A stretch of DNA of 64,000 bases from Camelus dromedarius (taxonomy: Eukaryota). The DNA is taken from NCBI RefSeq assembly GCF_036321535.1, contig NC_087449.1, positions 15,376,001 to 15,440,000 on the forward strand. Reading direction: 5' to 3'. Shown here piece by piece: positions 11,180-22,981 of this stretch. Position numbers and translations under genes: made by a program. The stretch's first letter is position 1; each line of letters starts with the position of its first letter. The notes beneath the pieces are model-generated. The model did no database searches, had not been told where the DNA came from, and worked only from the letters and a program-made list of their open reading frames with translations.

Positions 11180-12357
11180 CCCTATAGGAGCTTCCAGTAT
11201 AGTTGGGGCGACTAGATGCTCCCAGAGGAGAGATGGCAATGACAGGCTAACTGCTAAGGGAGCGGCAGTGCAGGGCGTTCTCAACAAATGTTCCCCCGTT
11301 GGATAGACAGGACGTGATATCCCATGGACAGCACATCTCAAAGACTGTCACTGAGTTATTCGTAATTCCAAGCACACTTTCTATAACCACACCCTTTTCT
11401 TCCATCGGAAAATACATTCATAAAAGAAAGAGTATCAAGAAGCAGTCACTTGTAGCACAACTCTAACTGATCTCCACAGTCCAGTATGTCGCAACAGTCG
11501 TGCTAAAAAACTAGTCCTCAAAATTAAGAAATATGTGGACTTGAATTAGATACGAAAAGAAGAGCAGGGTTTAAATAAGTGGAAAGGAAGAAGATGAACA
11601 CTCCAGGAAGGATAACATCCTCTGCTTAAAGAAGACAAAGTAAAATACAACAGATATGCCCAAGGGAGGGAATAAAAGAAAAGAAAAACAAGTAAGTAAA
11701 AATCAGAAACTGCCACTCCTGGGACTTTTAATGATGGCACTTGGAACCAAACCGAAATACTTTAAACCTGCAGCACGGCATAACCCGAAAATACCTGCAT
11801 CACTACAAATCAAATTACATTCTGGGCTGGAGAGTGGAAGAAGAAAAGCAGTGTGAAAACAAAGTAATGAAACCAATTATTTTGAAAACAAACTGATGAG
11901 CGCCTGTAGCTTACATGTTTTGCCCTTCAGAGTATTTCCTGTGAGATCATCAGTCCTGTGATCACCGCTCCTATTTCATTGTTTCAAGGTAGCCCCCACC
12001 CCTTCCTCCTAAATGTGTTAAAAAAAAAAAAAAAGACATGAAAAGAACACCTGGGTTCCATCAAGGGAGAATTGTTACTCTAATGAAAATCTTGTTTTAA
12101 ACGTCAAGTGCACCACCTGTGTGTGTTTTCACAATGATGGGTCTATGAGAAAGCCTTTCTCTTTTTTTTGCCTGATGAAATATTTATTAAAGGTGAAAGC
12201 TTATCAACCATAGTACTAGACTCCCTTAGGCTTAAAAGACACTGCCGCGTTCTCTGTCTGTCTGATTGACCGACTGTTTGTCTCCCTGTCTTTTTGCGTA
12301 ACTGATAGTACATTTTTGGCTTTGTGTTTCTCTGTATGTTTTATTTATTCATGGCAG

Positions 12358-12483
12358 ATCACAAGAAGTGGAAGAATACTTTCTGAAAAGGAATACAAAC
12401 TAAATATCATGAGGAGGGATCACCAGAAATATATCCGGGAGTGCTTGGCCCAGGCGATTTTCCATAAGGTTCTTGATCTGGAG
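12358..12483 (+). CDS. ERICH3: ERICH3 coding exon 3 (126 nt)
   Basis: ggcag|ATC; ITRSGRILSEKEYKLNIMRRDHQKYIRECLAQAIFHKVLDLE; GAG|gtacaa; phase 0/0. Confidence 0.96.
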
Positions 12484-13764
12484 GTACAAGTATTAACTGT
12501 TTGCTTTACAGTTGACACTTTCTAATATGATAACTAGTGATGCCTTCTGTACCCAGAAGCAGGAGACTTCTTCCTATATTTTATTAAAAAAGGAATGGAA
12601 CAAGGTGACCTGAGAAATTATATCCCTCTAGGTAGTGAGGAGACAAGACACTAAGTAAGCCCTTCTACATCCCAGTTAGGGGGAAACATGGACATCATTT
12701 CATGTTTTGTGATATTTAATTTAACAAATGTAGATTTTTAATCCATAATGGCTACTCTAAAACATACTAGCCCTCACCATCTGTACCTAAATTTCCATTT
12801 GCTAAGAAAAAAGTGGCATCTGTTTAAATATCAGTAATTCCACTGCCATGATTTTTTTTTTCAGATTTGTTATTCTTTCAAGGCTCTGAAGCTCAGCCTT
12901 ATGCTAAATCTCAAGGAACAGGCACTGAAACATCTGCTGTCCCTCCCACTTTAGGCCACATTGGTCAGCATACATTCACTAACCAAGCGCCAACAACTTT
13001 TGTTTCTTAAGTCTGACAAGGCATTTTTAGTAGGCTAGCTAACTTGATGAACCATTTTAGCCTTGCTCCACGGAACTTGTAGTCAAGCATCAACACCGTT
13101 TAAAGTCTGTGAAAAAGCACGTCACTTCTTGGCTTAACCATGTAGCAGTAAATCAGAAATCTTGGCTTGTAAAACCGTTGATCCGTGGGTGCAGTAAACA
13201 TTTATGAACAGCGACAGAGTCATCAGTAAACCAGCAGTAATAGCAGTGCCACTGAAAATACGTATTATTATGCTACTATTAAACTGAGCAAGTGTTGCAT
13301 TCACTTCAGATGTATATGATCTGTTCATGTAGAAATTCATTTTGTGATTTATATTATGTGCATAAACTACATGGAGTCATTGTTTGTGACCCCAAATTCA
13401 CCTGCTTATAAAAGAACTAGTTGGAATTTTACAATTAATGTTAAAAAAATAGTAGTGTGTAAAATTAATCTGTACATAATTTCAAACTTAATAGGCACCA
13501 AGCTCTGTTTTAGTCTTGATCCTTGAACTTTGGTTTTCCAAAATTTCATATTCCTGCCACACTGTAACTGTTAAATATGCTGTTTTTAAAGAAGACTTCA
13601 TGTATTCTAAGTTTGGAGTAAATATCTTAGACAAATGTTAATATGTAATATATAATTTTATATAATATATATAATTTAAAAATAAAATATTTCTAAATTG
13701 TCACATTTATTTCACATTTAGTTTCTGCTGATGCTGTTTACTAATATTGTTGTATTAATATTCA

Positions 13765-14860
13765 TGTATTCATTCATGCAAACAAATGTTAATTGCAGGC
13801 TTACAGTGTACCAATATGGGGCTATGTGATGTAGCTGTGAGATATAATTTTGTAAAAAATGCTAAAGAAAGTGATCAAATGCTAGAAGAGAGGAACAAGC
13901 AGACTGAGCTCAGAAAGAAGGGAAGGATGACTTGCCCCTGTGAGAGTCAGGGGGAGCTGAACAGAGGTCCCGCTGTTTGAACTGAACCTGGCCTGAGACT
14001 CACGGGAAAACACGAGCAGAGCGTCCCAGAAAGTGAAGATGGCAGGTGTGAGGCTGCAGGGTGCGAAGGGACATGGTGGATGGAAAGGAAGGCTCGCTGC
14101 GGCCAGACTGCACTGGGCATTGGTTGAAAGAGTGGCAGGAAGTGACTCTCCCCAATAAGTTGGGGCCCAGTTTCTGGCGGCCTTCAATTCCCAGCTAGGT
14201 CTGGAGTGTAGGTGATGAGGCGATGAAACCTTTTTCAGCAGGGGGTGAAATAAATGAGCAGAGCTGTTTTAGAAAGATGATGTTGCTAAAAATGTGGAAG
14301 ATGGATTAATGAGCTGGAAAAGATTGGAGGTGGGAGGTCAATTAGGAAGCTGTTGCCAGAGGGTGTGGGCTAACGCAGTCAAAGATGCCGGGGAGATGCA
14401 GCTGTCTGCAGAGATCTGGGGAGAGAGACCACACTGACTGCACAAGGAGGAAAGGAGGCACTCAGAGCAACTCCAGGGCTTCTAGTTTGGTGGTGTGTGC
14501 CTCATGGGCCATCAGGAAAAACAACACGGGCTAGAAAAGAACCTTCCAGTGGTGGAAAAACGTGCCCGAGAGAGTGTTGTCCTGGGAGCCAGGAGGGTCT
14601 CACCAGCTGCCAAATGGTTAAATAAGGTGACTACTAGGGTGAAAAAAAAAAAAGAGAAATTACATTTGACCCAGAGGATGAAGACATCAGTGGCCTTGGG
14701 GAAACTAGTTTCAGATGGTAAAGTCGGGGTGGGAGTGGGTGACTGCAGTGAGCGGAGAATAAATGGAAGATGGAAAATGGTTGGTAGTGAATTTAATAAA
14801 GTTCAGCGGTAAGTGGGTGAGATAAGAGGGAGAGAAGAAAGGTTTCAAGAAGAGGATTGA
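13765..14860 (-). mobile_element. L2 fragments
   Basis: tattcattcatgcaaacaaatg tail followed by purine-rich L2-like body. Confidence 0.6.
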
Positions 14861-15199
14861 TGATTGAGGCTGCAGGGTCCCAGCGGCAGTAGGAGGGGAT
14901 CAAGAACAGAGAAAAAACCCCACTTTTTTAAAAGGACTCGTCAGTCAGACACTCTCAGATGTATCTGAATGATTTCAAATCAGATTGTGAGCAGATTATT
15001 TTTACATGAGGTTTATTTAAAAATTCTATAATGAATATATTACTGACAATTTGGGAATCACAAGAAACCATAAGAAAGGAAAATCACCATCCATAAGCAC
15101 ACATCCCTCCCCTCAGAGATAACTGCTGCTAACATCCTCACACTCCATCTTAGTCTCTCTCCTGTTCATATTTATACATTAATAAAAGCATGCTACGTT

Positions 15200-15222
15200 G
15201 TGAGAGGAGCATGGTGTTTTTG

Positions 15223-15253
<31 letters not shown>

Positions 15254-15400
15254 CCTAACAGGCAATTAGTGTCAGATAGACCAAGATTCAAATTACAGCT
15301 TCACCGCTGACCGGATGTGTGACCTAGGGCCAGTTCAGGTCCTCTGCCTCGGTTTCTTCATTTGTAAAATGAGGCTGTGTAGCAATTGGACTTGTTTGTG
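15200..15400 (+). mobile_element. MIR SINE containing an A30 tract (15223-15252)
   Basis: gtcagatagaccaagattcaaatt...tgtgtgacctagggc...ctcggtttcttcatttgtaaaatg. Confidence 0.7.
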
Positions 15401-15550
15401 GAGAGACGATGGACAAACAGCTCTTTCCCAGGACAGGGACAGGCACACGGTGTGAGCTTGACCAGCTGTATTTCTGTGCTGCATCCTACTTTTATCTGCA
15501 GCTCTTGCATTTTCCACTTTTTGAAACACAATCTTTATGAATCTTATTTT

Positions 15551-15709
15551 TAAATTTGTATTTATTTATTTATTTGTTTATTTATTGTTTGGGGGGAGGG
15601 GAATTAGTTTTGTTTTTTTTTTTGTTTATTTAATGGAGGTATTGGGACTGAACCCAGGACCTCATGCATGCTAAGCACACACGCTACCACTGAGCTACAC
15701 CCTCCCCTG
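15551..15709 (-). mobile_element. Vic-1-type camelid tRNA-derived SINE
   Basis: Minus strand GGGGAGGGTGTAGCTCAGTGGTAG (A box) ... GGTTCAGTCCC (B box), A-rich tail; perfect 18-bp TSD ctttatgaatcttatttt (15533-15550, 15710-15727). Confidence 0.88.
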
Positions 15710-16131
15710 CTTTATGAATCTTATTTTAATAATTATTTTCTATTCTGTTATGTGGATATGCCAAAAACTTCACCACTCTCTTGAAAGTTTATATTGCTTC
15801 TGAATTTCTGCTTTGAGAGAAAATAAAACCTTTCAGACAGCATCTTTGTGCATAAAACATTTTTTTTTTATTATTCAGATTTTCCCCTACGTGTAGACAT
15901 GAAATTTATCAGTTAGAGAGTAGGAACACTTTTAACTGCCTAATGTATTTTAGGAATTGGCTTTCCAAAGAGTTGTACCAATTTATATCCCCACTTGCAC
16001 ACTTATGCAGGTGATTCTTCTCCATCTCAACGACAGGAGGGGTAATTGAGAATCCAGTTAGCTGGTGGGATTATTTTCCTCTAAAAATTATTTGCTATAA
16101 CTGATATGATTCTTTCCTCCTGTATGCTTAG

Positions 16132-16203
16132 CGTTACCATCAGCTTGAAATTAAGAAGAAGCTGGAGACCTTAGCTAGGAAGGAGCGAATGCAGAGATTT
16201 AAG
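16132..16203 (+). CDS. ERICH3: ERICH3 coding exon 4 (72 nt)
   Basis: cttag|CGT; RYHQLEIKKKLETLARKERMQRFK; AAG|gtaagg. Too short for the ORF track; translated by hand. Confidence 0.95.
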
Positions 16204-16411
16204 GTAAGGAGTTGACATAACTTCTACTTCATAATATTATTTCATGCTTTTGAAGGCCAGTGGTACTATCATTGGAGTACCTTGGGGCACTTTATTTGGG
16301 GGTAACTCATAACTGAGGTCAAATGATCGTTCCACCAAGCTTAAATCTTGGCCACCTCTGTTATGGAAGATCATGACAAAATAGGAGCTTCTGTGTGAGA
16401 TAAATTATTTA

Positions 16412-16650
16412 AGGGGGTGTGGAGGGATAAATTGGGAGTTCGGGACTTGTAGATACTAACTACTATATATAAAAAAGATAAAAAACAAGGACATACTTTA
16501 TAGCATGAGGACTATATTCAATACCTTGTAATGGCCTATAATGAAGAAGAATATGAAAAGGAATATATATATATATAAATGAATCACCATGCTGTACATC
16601 AAAATTAACACATTGTAAATCAACTATGCTTCAGTTAAAAAGAAAACATA
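16412..16650 (+). mobile_element. Short 3' end of a cetartiodactyl-type L1
   Basis: gggataaattgggagttcggg...ctactatatataaaa...caataccttgtaatggcctataatg...tgtaaatcaactatgcttcagttaaaaa. Confidence 0.82.
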
Positions 16651-18049
16651 AAAAAATCGTATGAAGCACAGATCATTCCAAGAAAAACCTGAAAACATTC
16701 TTCTCAAGTTTGAAATTTTGCTTTTGTATTTTCTTGATTGATTTGTGATAGAGGCCAAAAGATTTGTTTGTCATAAGAAGGTAAAAATAGACTGTGATGT
16801 TCCCAATGTGACGGAAAGCACGGCACTTTAAGAATTATCCATCCAATGGCACATTTTCATGTGATCAAGGCCCTTGAAAATATATGGTAGGAAAGCATAA
16901 GATTTAGACATTTTGTGAAGGCATTTAAAAATCCCTCGTTTTCTACTTTTGTATTTGATATTCCTTCTTTGCAGTGAACTTATGAGATGTATACATTTAA
17001 ATCAAGAGCTGAGAGATTCAATTAGGCATGTTTGAGAGGTTTCAGTTTAGGTTGGCAGTTTTACTCAATTTCTTGAGCCATTCAAACCCAAATGTTGTTC
17101 TTCATTTTGTGTCGTATTACAAGTGTGGGGATTAAGACACATTTCACAAACTGATGAATATTCGTAAAGCTTCTGTAGAATAACTTGCCATAGGAAACAG
17201 TAATTTTCCCTCTTGCCTGATAGACTCAAATCTGTCTATTTTATCTTGGTCAAAAGATATTCTTGTTATAAAAGTGTTGTTTAATAACAGAAGATAGGTT
17301 GTTTCTCAAGATCAGGAAAGTTGGTTTGTAGCGATTTGTGGTTAAGTCAACTTTGCCAGAAATGACCTATATCAAGGGCTGAGTTACGGATTCTGTAATT
17401 TCTCTGTATGTGGTTGGAGAAAATGTTCACTGGAGGTAAAGAGTGACCAGCACGGCCTGAAGTAGTCCTCTGTTCACTCTCGCCCAGAATGCCAGACACG
17501 CTCATGAGGTGCATGGCATGTTTTGGCATTGGCAGAAGTTCGTGAGAGACACTCTAGTTCCTCCCTGTACGGTTTTAACTTGTAACAGTTTTCACTTTAT
17601 GACTGCACTTGGGGAAAGACCTATATTTTAGGTCCTCTTTATGTAATATGTAACCCTGTGCTAATGGCATTATGTAATTATTTTTTAAGGCAGAAAAGTA
17701 ATACGTTCTGGGAGTTTCTACCGATCAGAGTAGTGAGGAACGTTGTGCTTCTCATAGTGATCTGCTTAAAGTGGATTAATGACTGTTATTGCTAAAACCA
17801 AGGATACACTGCATTTGGGCACAGCTATTTCTTTGGAGAAAGCTTATTCTGTGACCTGCCTCTCACCACCACACCCAGTACAGCTGTGGAACCGTCTCCC
17901 GACTACCGCGATAGTCCTCAGAAGGAACACTTTTGAAAAGAATGAGAAAGGACTTCTTTAGTCATAAAACATCTCTTATTTGATGGGCACTAACTTAACC
18001 CACATGACTAATTCTGCATCAATTTGTTCATTCACTTTCTTATTCTTAG

Positions 18050-18178
18050 GGAGAGCACATGAGATGGACTATAGAGAATAACAGGCCAGTCCTGTCTCCC
18101 CGCCCCCCAGTTGGCCCAAAGACTAACCAAGGCCATAGTGTTCTGGTTGATGGAGGACATTGTGGCCCAGTAACACCG
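18050..18178 (+). CDS. ERICH3: ERICH3 coding exon 5 (129 nt)
   Basis: ttcttag|GGA; GEHMRWTIENNRPVLSPRPPVGPKTNQGHSVLVDGGHCGPVTP; CCG|gtgagt; phase 0/0. Confidence 0.93.
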
Positions 18179-18289
18179 GTGAGTCATACTAAGCACTCTG
18201 ATGAGGCACCAAGCCAACTGATTAACTTATGATTCCTTATTACTCTCAGAAAGCGTGCTCTCTGGGTACGTGGCTGTATAACCCCGCAC

Positions 18290-18680
18290 ATCCTACTGAA
18301 TGAAAACATAGTCTTGTCTCCATTCAACTCTGTCTCTACTGAATGTCCCACCTCCCATCAGTATCATCCCTGCCATATCCATTGTCTTACTGTTAGATTG
18401 GTTTTCTTGAAGTGCAGATTACTTACGTCACTTACATGCCTGGATGCCTTCACTGGCTCTGCATCACCTATAGGAAAGCCCAGGTTCTTGACCTGACATT
18501 TAAGACCCCAAGCCACATGACATCAATTTAGCTAGCCCAATACTTTTCTCCACGATTACCCTTTAGCACCCTACGGTGCAGCAGAATTGAACTGCTGGTT
18601 GTTCCGCACGTGTTCTGTATTTTCTGACCTCTGGATTTTGTTCTTGCTGTTCCCTCTACTCTCACCTTGTCTGTAAAGCC
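18290..18680 (+). mobile_element. L2 fragment
   Basis: Pyrimidine-rich; cactggctctgcatcacctataggaaagcccaggttcttgacctgacatttaagacc. Confidence 0.55.
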
Positions 18681-20659
18681 TCTTTATGCACAGAGATTCA
18701 GTGGTGCTGCCCATCATGTTGGGCCAGATACTTGAACTTCTTTTATGAAAAGTATATGCACATCCTCTAAGATAAAAATAATTAAATGCATGGAAAGTCT
18801 ATTTAAAGAAATTGCACACTGACATTTCATTCCAGTTCAATTCATTTATAACCTAGGAGTGGTATTTGCTTGAAGGAAGGTGAGGTAGCTTGAAACAATG
18901 CAGATACAGGAAAAGATTTGCAAAATATGTGCTGGAGGTTGATGGTTTCAGTTGTAAATGAACCACTTGATTACATTTCTTCTCGCTTTGTGTGGCCTAA
19001 TCTATTTCTTTGTTAGCATGATTTTTTTTTGGATTGCACAATATTTATAGAGGAATTGCAATGCTTTCACAGATTGTTGAAGTAGGTTCATCACATATAG
19101 CGTTAAGCTTTGACACTTTCAAAAGGTAAATATGTTTTGATGTTTCCCGATGAACAGCTCAAGTTATGAAAAGCAACCGTCTTCCCTTTGTTGTTACCCT
19201 ATTTCCAGGCTTCATTTAAATGTATATGTACACAAATAATTCTTTTATTGGGCGGCAAATTCACTAGACTCTCAAAAGCTTTTCCTGGGTGAAACAAAAG
19301 AAACCATCAAGTGCCGTTTTCTATCTTCCCACCTGTTTCAGAGAGGAAAGAACCCTTGAAAGGCTTTCTTTTCAATTTTCCAGCTGAACACCCTCAATAA
19401 GTAGTTTATGATACATCCAGGAGATCTTAATGTGGCAGGAGTGAGAAAGTAATTTTAAAATGACAGGAAACACTGACACCAGCACTTCAGACGCCTTTCT
19501 ATCTGGGAAGCCAGGAGGCTTCACGGGCTCACCCGCCGTGGCGCTTCTGCACCATAAGGGATGCTGACTGTGGCCTTGGCATTGCAGTTCCCGTTTTACA
19601 GAAATTCAAGTCCTTCTTTTTGTTTTCCCAGCTTGGTTACAGATCCTCTAAATTTGACTCCCGACCTCCAGGTGCCACCGAGATGAAGGTAATAACCCTT
19701 TTGGGATATTGCCCTCCATTTTTCTCTTTTAACTTTCTTGAGTGAGTAAGAAAGCATACGGTGAATAGTTGTTGCTCTTGGTCACTAATTGCACCTAAAC
19801 TTTCAAAATAGCAGCTAGGTTTTTAGCTGCACCGTTTCATTAAAACTGTGGAAAGTCTTTCAGCTAATTTCGTACATGCTTGGAAAATTCACCCCCAGAG
19901 ATCTTCTACTGAGAATTAGAAATGCTCAGCTAAGCTGAGTAATCACCAGGTCGTCAATTGCAATTCACATTCTGGTACAATTTTGAAAATGTTAAGCTAC
20001 AGTGCCATATTTATTCTGAGAAAATATACTACGAACAGTTTAAAATGTAGCAAATTTAAGGTGGCTTCTGATGTGAACCACAACAGTTTGTAGCTCACAG
20101 CTGTTAGCTGAATGGTGCAGATTTGTTTCTGGAGATAAATGTAATCAGTTAAACATTTGACTGCCACATTCATCGGACTGAATGATATCTGTGTGCAAAT
20201 GTGGGGAAGTAAAGTTTAGAGCACAGCAGCCAACAGATCATGTTCCAGTTTATGGCAACCTGCTTTCTGAATCTTACGTTCAGTGTTTTTGTGTTCAGTT
20301 GGATTTTTTGACAGGAGAGAGCCTTAAGGCATATTTGTTTTCCAGAGATCAGAAGAATTCTTTTGGGTGATCTAATTCCCTTGTTCAGAAAACTTCTAGT
20401 TTGATTTTTCTTTGTAGGTGTTGAGACCTTTCACCCTTTGGCTTATGTAGGCTTATGTCCTGTTTCTTTAGATCAAATGCTGCTCTAGTCCATCCCCTTG
20501 GCTTCCTGTGAAGGTTTGTGTACTGAGCCCACAGTTAGGACTTTAACATAAGGATGCACTCCCTATACCCACACACATGTGTCTCAGCTCGTGTGCCATT
20601 TCTGCTCTAGAAGTCATTAAAATCTCAGACTCCTTTTGTGCCAGTGATCTACTAAATTT

Positions 20660-20955
20660 AGTCTGTTGCCTTCATCCACGTGAGCCACAATTGAATATCA
20701 CTCTGTGGCTATTCCAGCCAGAGAGAAGGAGATAAGTGGACAGTGAGGACACAGCTCTTCCTTCTCAGGGCATGATCTAGAAGTTCTGGTATAACTTCTG
20801 TTCACATCTTACTGGCCAAAACTGAGGCATACATCTAGACAGAGTTGCAAGAGATGCTGGGAAATATAGTCTTTATTCGGGAGAGCAATGTTCTGGATAA
20901 ACATTCTATTCCGTGAAGAAAGGAAAATAGACATTGGGGAATATTGTCTTTGCTA
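20660..20955 (-). mobile_element. Old MaLR LTR (MLT1J/K-like)
   Basis: cttctgttcacatcttactggccaaaac...agatgctgggaaatatagtcttt. Confidence 0.55.
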
Positions 20956-21707
20956 CCCTTCCCGCGTCTGGCTCACAACTGGCTCTTCAGACGTGGATGT
21001 GCAAGTGTACCATTCCTCTTTTCTACTCGTCCGTTTTCTTCTCTTACTCGTACATTAGGATAAAATAGAACTGCTTTTGTGAAACTTTAATTTTTACTGG
21101 TCTCATTGACTTATTTCAAATAGCTTTCAGTTCTCAGTTCTGTTAGTTCTCTAGTATTTTGCTGTTATTGTCCCTTTGGCAATGTCTGTGTGCTTCATTT
21201 GGCACTAATTGTCTTGCATCGCCATTAGATGTTAAAAATTACTTTTTAATCTCCTCATAGTGACTAGAGTTGGAATCCAGTGTTGACTTAACAGAATCCG
21301 AGATTTAACAACATGTGACATGCTTGTCAAGATGGTACCCAAACCAATTTTTGGTGGTGGGAGCTTCCCCATTGCCATTTTGTATGTATTTATACAACAC
21401 ATTTCCAGAGTTGAATATTTGTTGTCACCAATCTTTAGTGTCAGTGTAATAAACCTTATTCATGAATCATTTATATACCATCCTTCTCACACTCTCTTGC
21501 CCAGATCTGCATGTATTATTCTTAACAGGCTTTCTACTATTGTATTGTAATAGAACCACTGGGCCCAAAGCCGTTTTTTTTCCATTTTTGAAACATTGTT
21601 GGTCTTTATACTAAAGTTACAATGTTCTATCAGTGCCCCAAAAGGCACGTCTTATGCTCCGAACTGGCACTTTTGGTATTCTCTGCAGTACATTCTTGAT
21701 TAGAAAA

Positions 21708-22200
21708 TGCATCAGTCAGGGTCTCAGCAGGAAACAGATGGCTTATACAAATAGGGTAATTAGGAAGGGTTTAATAAAGAAACTGTTTACAAAGATGCAG
21801 GCAAGGTTAAGGAAAACCAACAAGGGATGTAAAGCATGCTGGGGTGAGCAAGATGGGAAACCACACCACCTAGGCCTGAGGGGGAGAAGAAGGGATTAGT
21901 TACTGGAACCAGCAGGCAGTACCTGTCAGCTTGGAGAGGACTTCCTGACAGGAGCTGTGGACCTTGGTGGAGGGACCAGCTGTCCCATCATGACCTTAGT
22001 GGGAAAGATCGAGGAGCATTAAGACCCCAATCTCCTTCCCTCCAGTCTTTTGATCTCCTGCTAGTGTCTTTCATTGGCCAAATCCAACTGGAATCCTGGG
22101 GTTAGTTGATGTGGTCCTTAATAAAGGAATGAATCCCCACAGCCAGAGCAGAACAGAAAAGACAAAGAAGAGGGGCCGATGGAAAATATCCAGCCTGGAA
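21708..22200 (-). mobile_element. ERVL-class LTR (LTR33-like)
   Basis: tcagtcagggtctcagcaggaaacagatgg...gtttaataaagaaactgtttacaaag...cattggccaaatccaactggaa. Confidence 0.55.
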
Positions 22201-22822
22201 AACATCTCCACTTATACAGTGTTTTCTGAAGTCACCAGTTACTATTTTTTTATTTTTGTTTTCTTAATATTTCAAGGAAGAGGTTGAATAAATGGTGATG
22301 GGTTAGAGTTAAGCATCTTCCTTCCCTCTTTCTGAATCATATTATTTGCATTTACTTCAGCACCAATCTTAAGACTTAAAGGACTCATGCTAGAGTTGAT
22401 GTTGAAAACATTTAAACAGAAATGAGTTCATTCTAATCATATCCCTTTAGATCTCTAAGATAGGAACATTACTCAACTTAACATTCAATTGAGCAAAGCC
22501 ATTCTATGTACAACATCAATTAGGAATTGTCAGTGAGTTTTCAGTGCAAATAAAATACAGGAGCCTAACAGAGAACATCTCCTTTATCTAAAATGCCCTA
22601 TAATTGTGGCATTTAGGTATGTAGAGGACTTCCATACCGTATGTTTTAACAAATACTTTGGGTCATAAGTGTATGTATAATGGAAGGACATAATTAAAGT
22701 TTAATCTGTTCAGTGAGAAGGCACCATTAATTACTCTAGGCAATTTGCTGAGTTATTAATTGGCTCTGGAAACATGTCAAGATACTAATTTAAATGGAAT
22801 TTTTTTTCCCTTAATTGTCTAG

Positions 22823-22981
22823 ACAACTCCTCGACCATACACTGCCCCGGGAAATATGCAGCCTCCAATTCGATTACAACCTCTTCCCAGTAATATTGCA
22901 GTAGGAACTGTTCCAAAGATAACTTCGGGGTCCAGATCAAAAACCTCACTGCTGGAAAATGAAGCTCCGTTTCCCATTGGG
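22823..22981 (+). CDS. ERICH3: ERICH3 coding exon 6 (159 nt)
   Basis: tctag|ACA; TTPRPYTAPGNMQPPIRLQPLPSNIAVGTVPKITSGSRSKTSLLENEAPFPIG; GGG|gtaaat. Confidence 0.95.

Noticed and set aside
13640-13700. AT-only quasi-palindromic stretch (similar at 38560-38680 and 50452-50490)
   Set aside because: Ordinary low-complexity or (TA)n sequence with no terminal repeats or TSD.
15640-15709. tRNA gene
   Set aside because: The A and B boxes belong to the SINE head; there is no full cloverleaf, and an A-rich tail with TSD is present.
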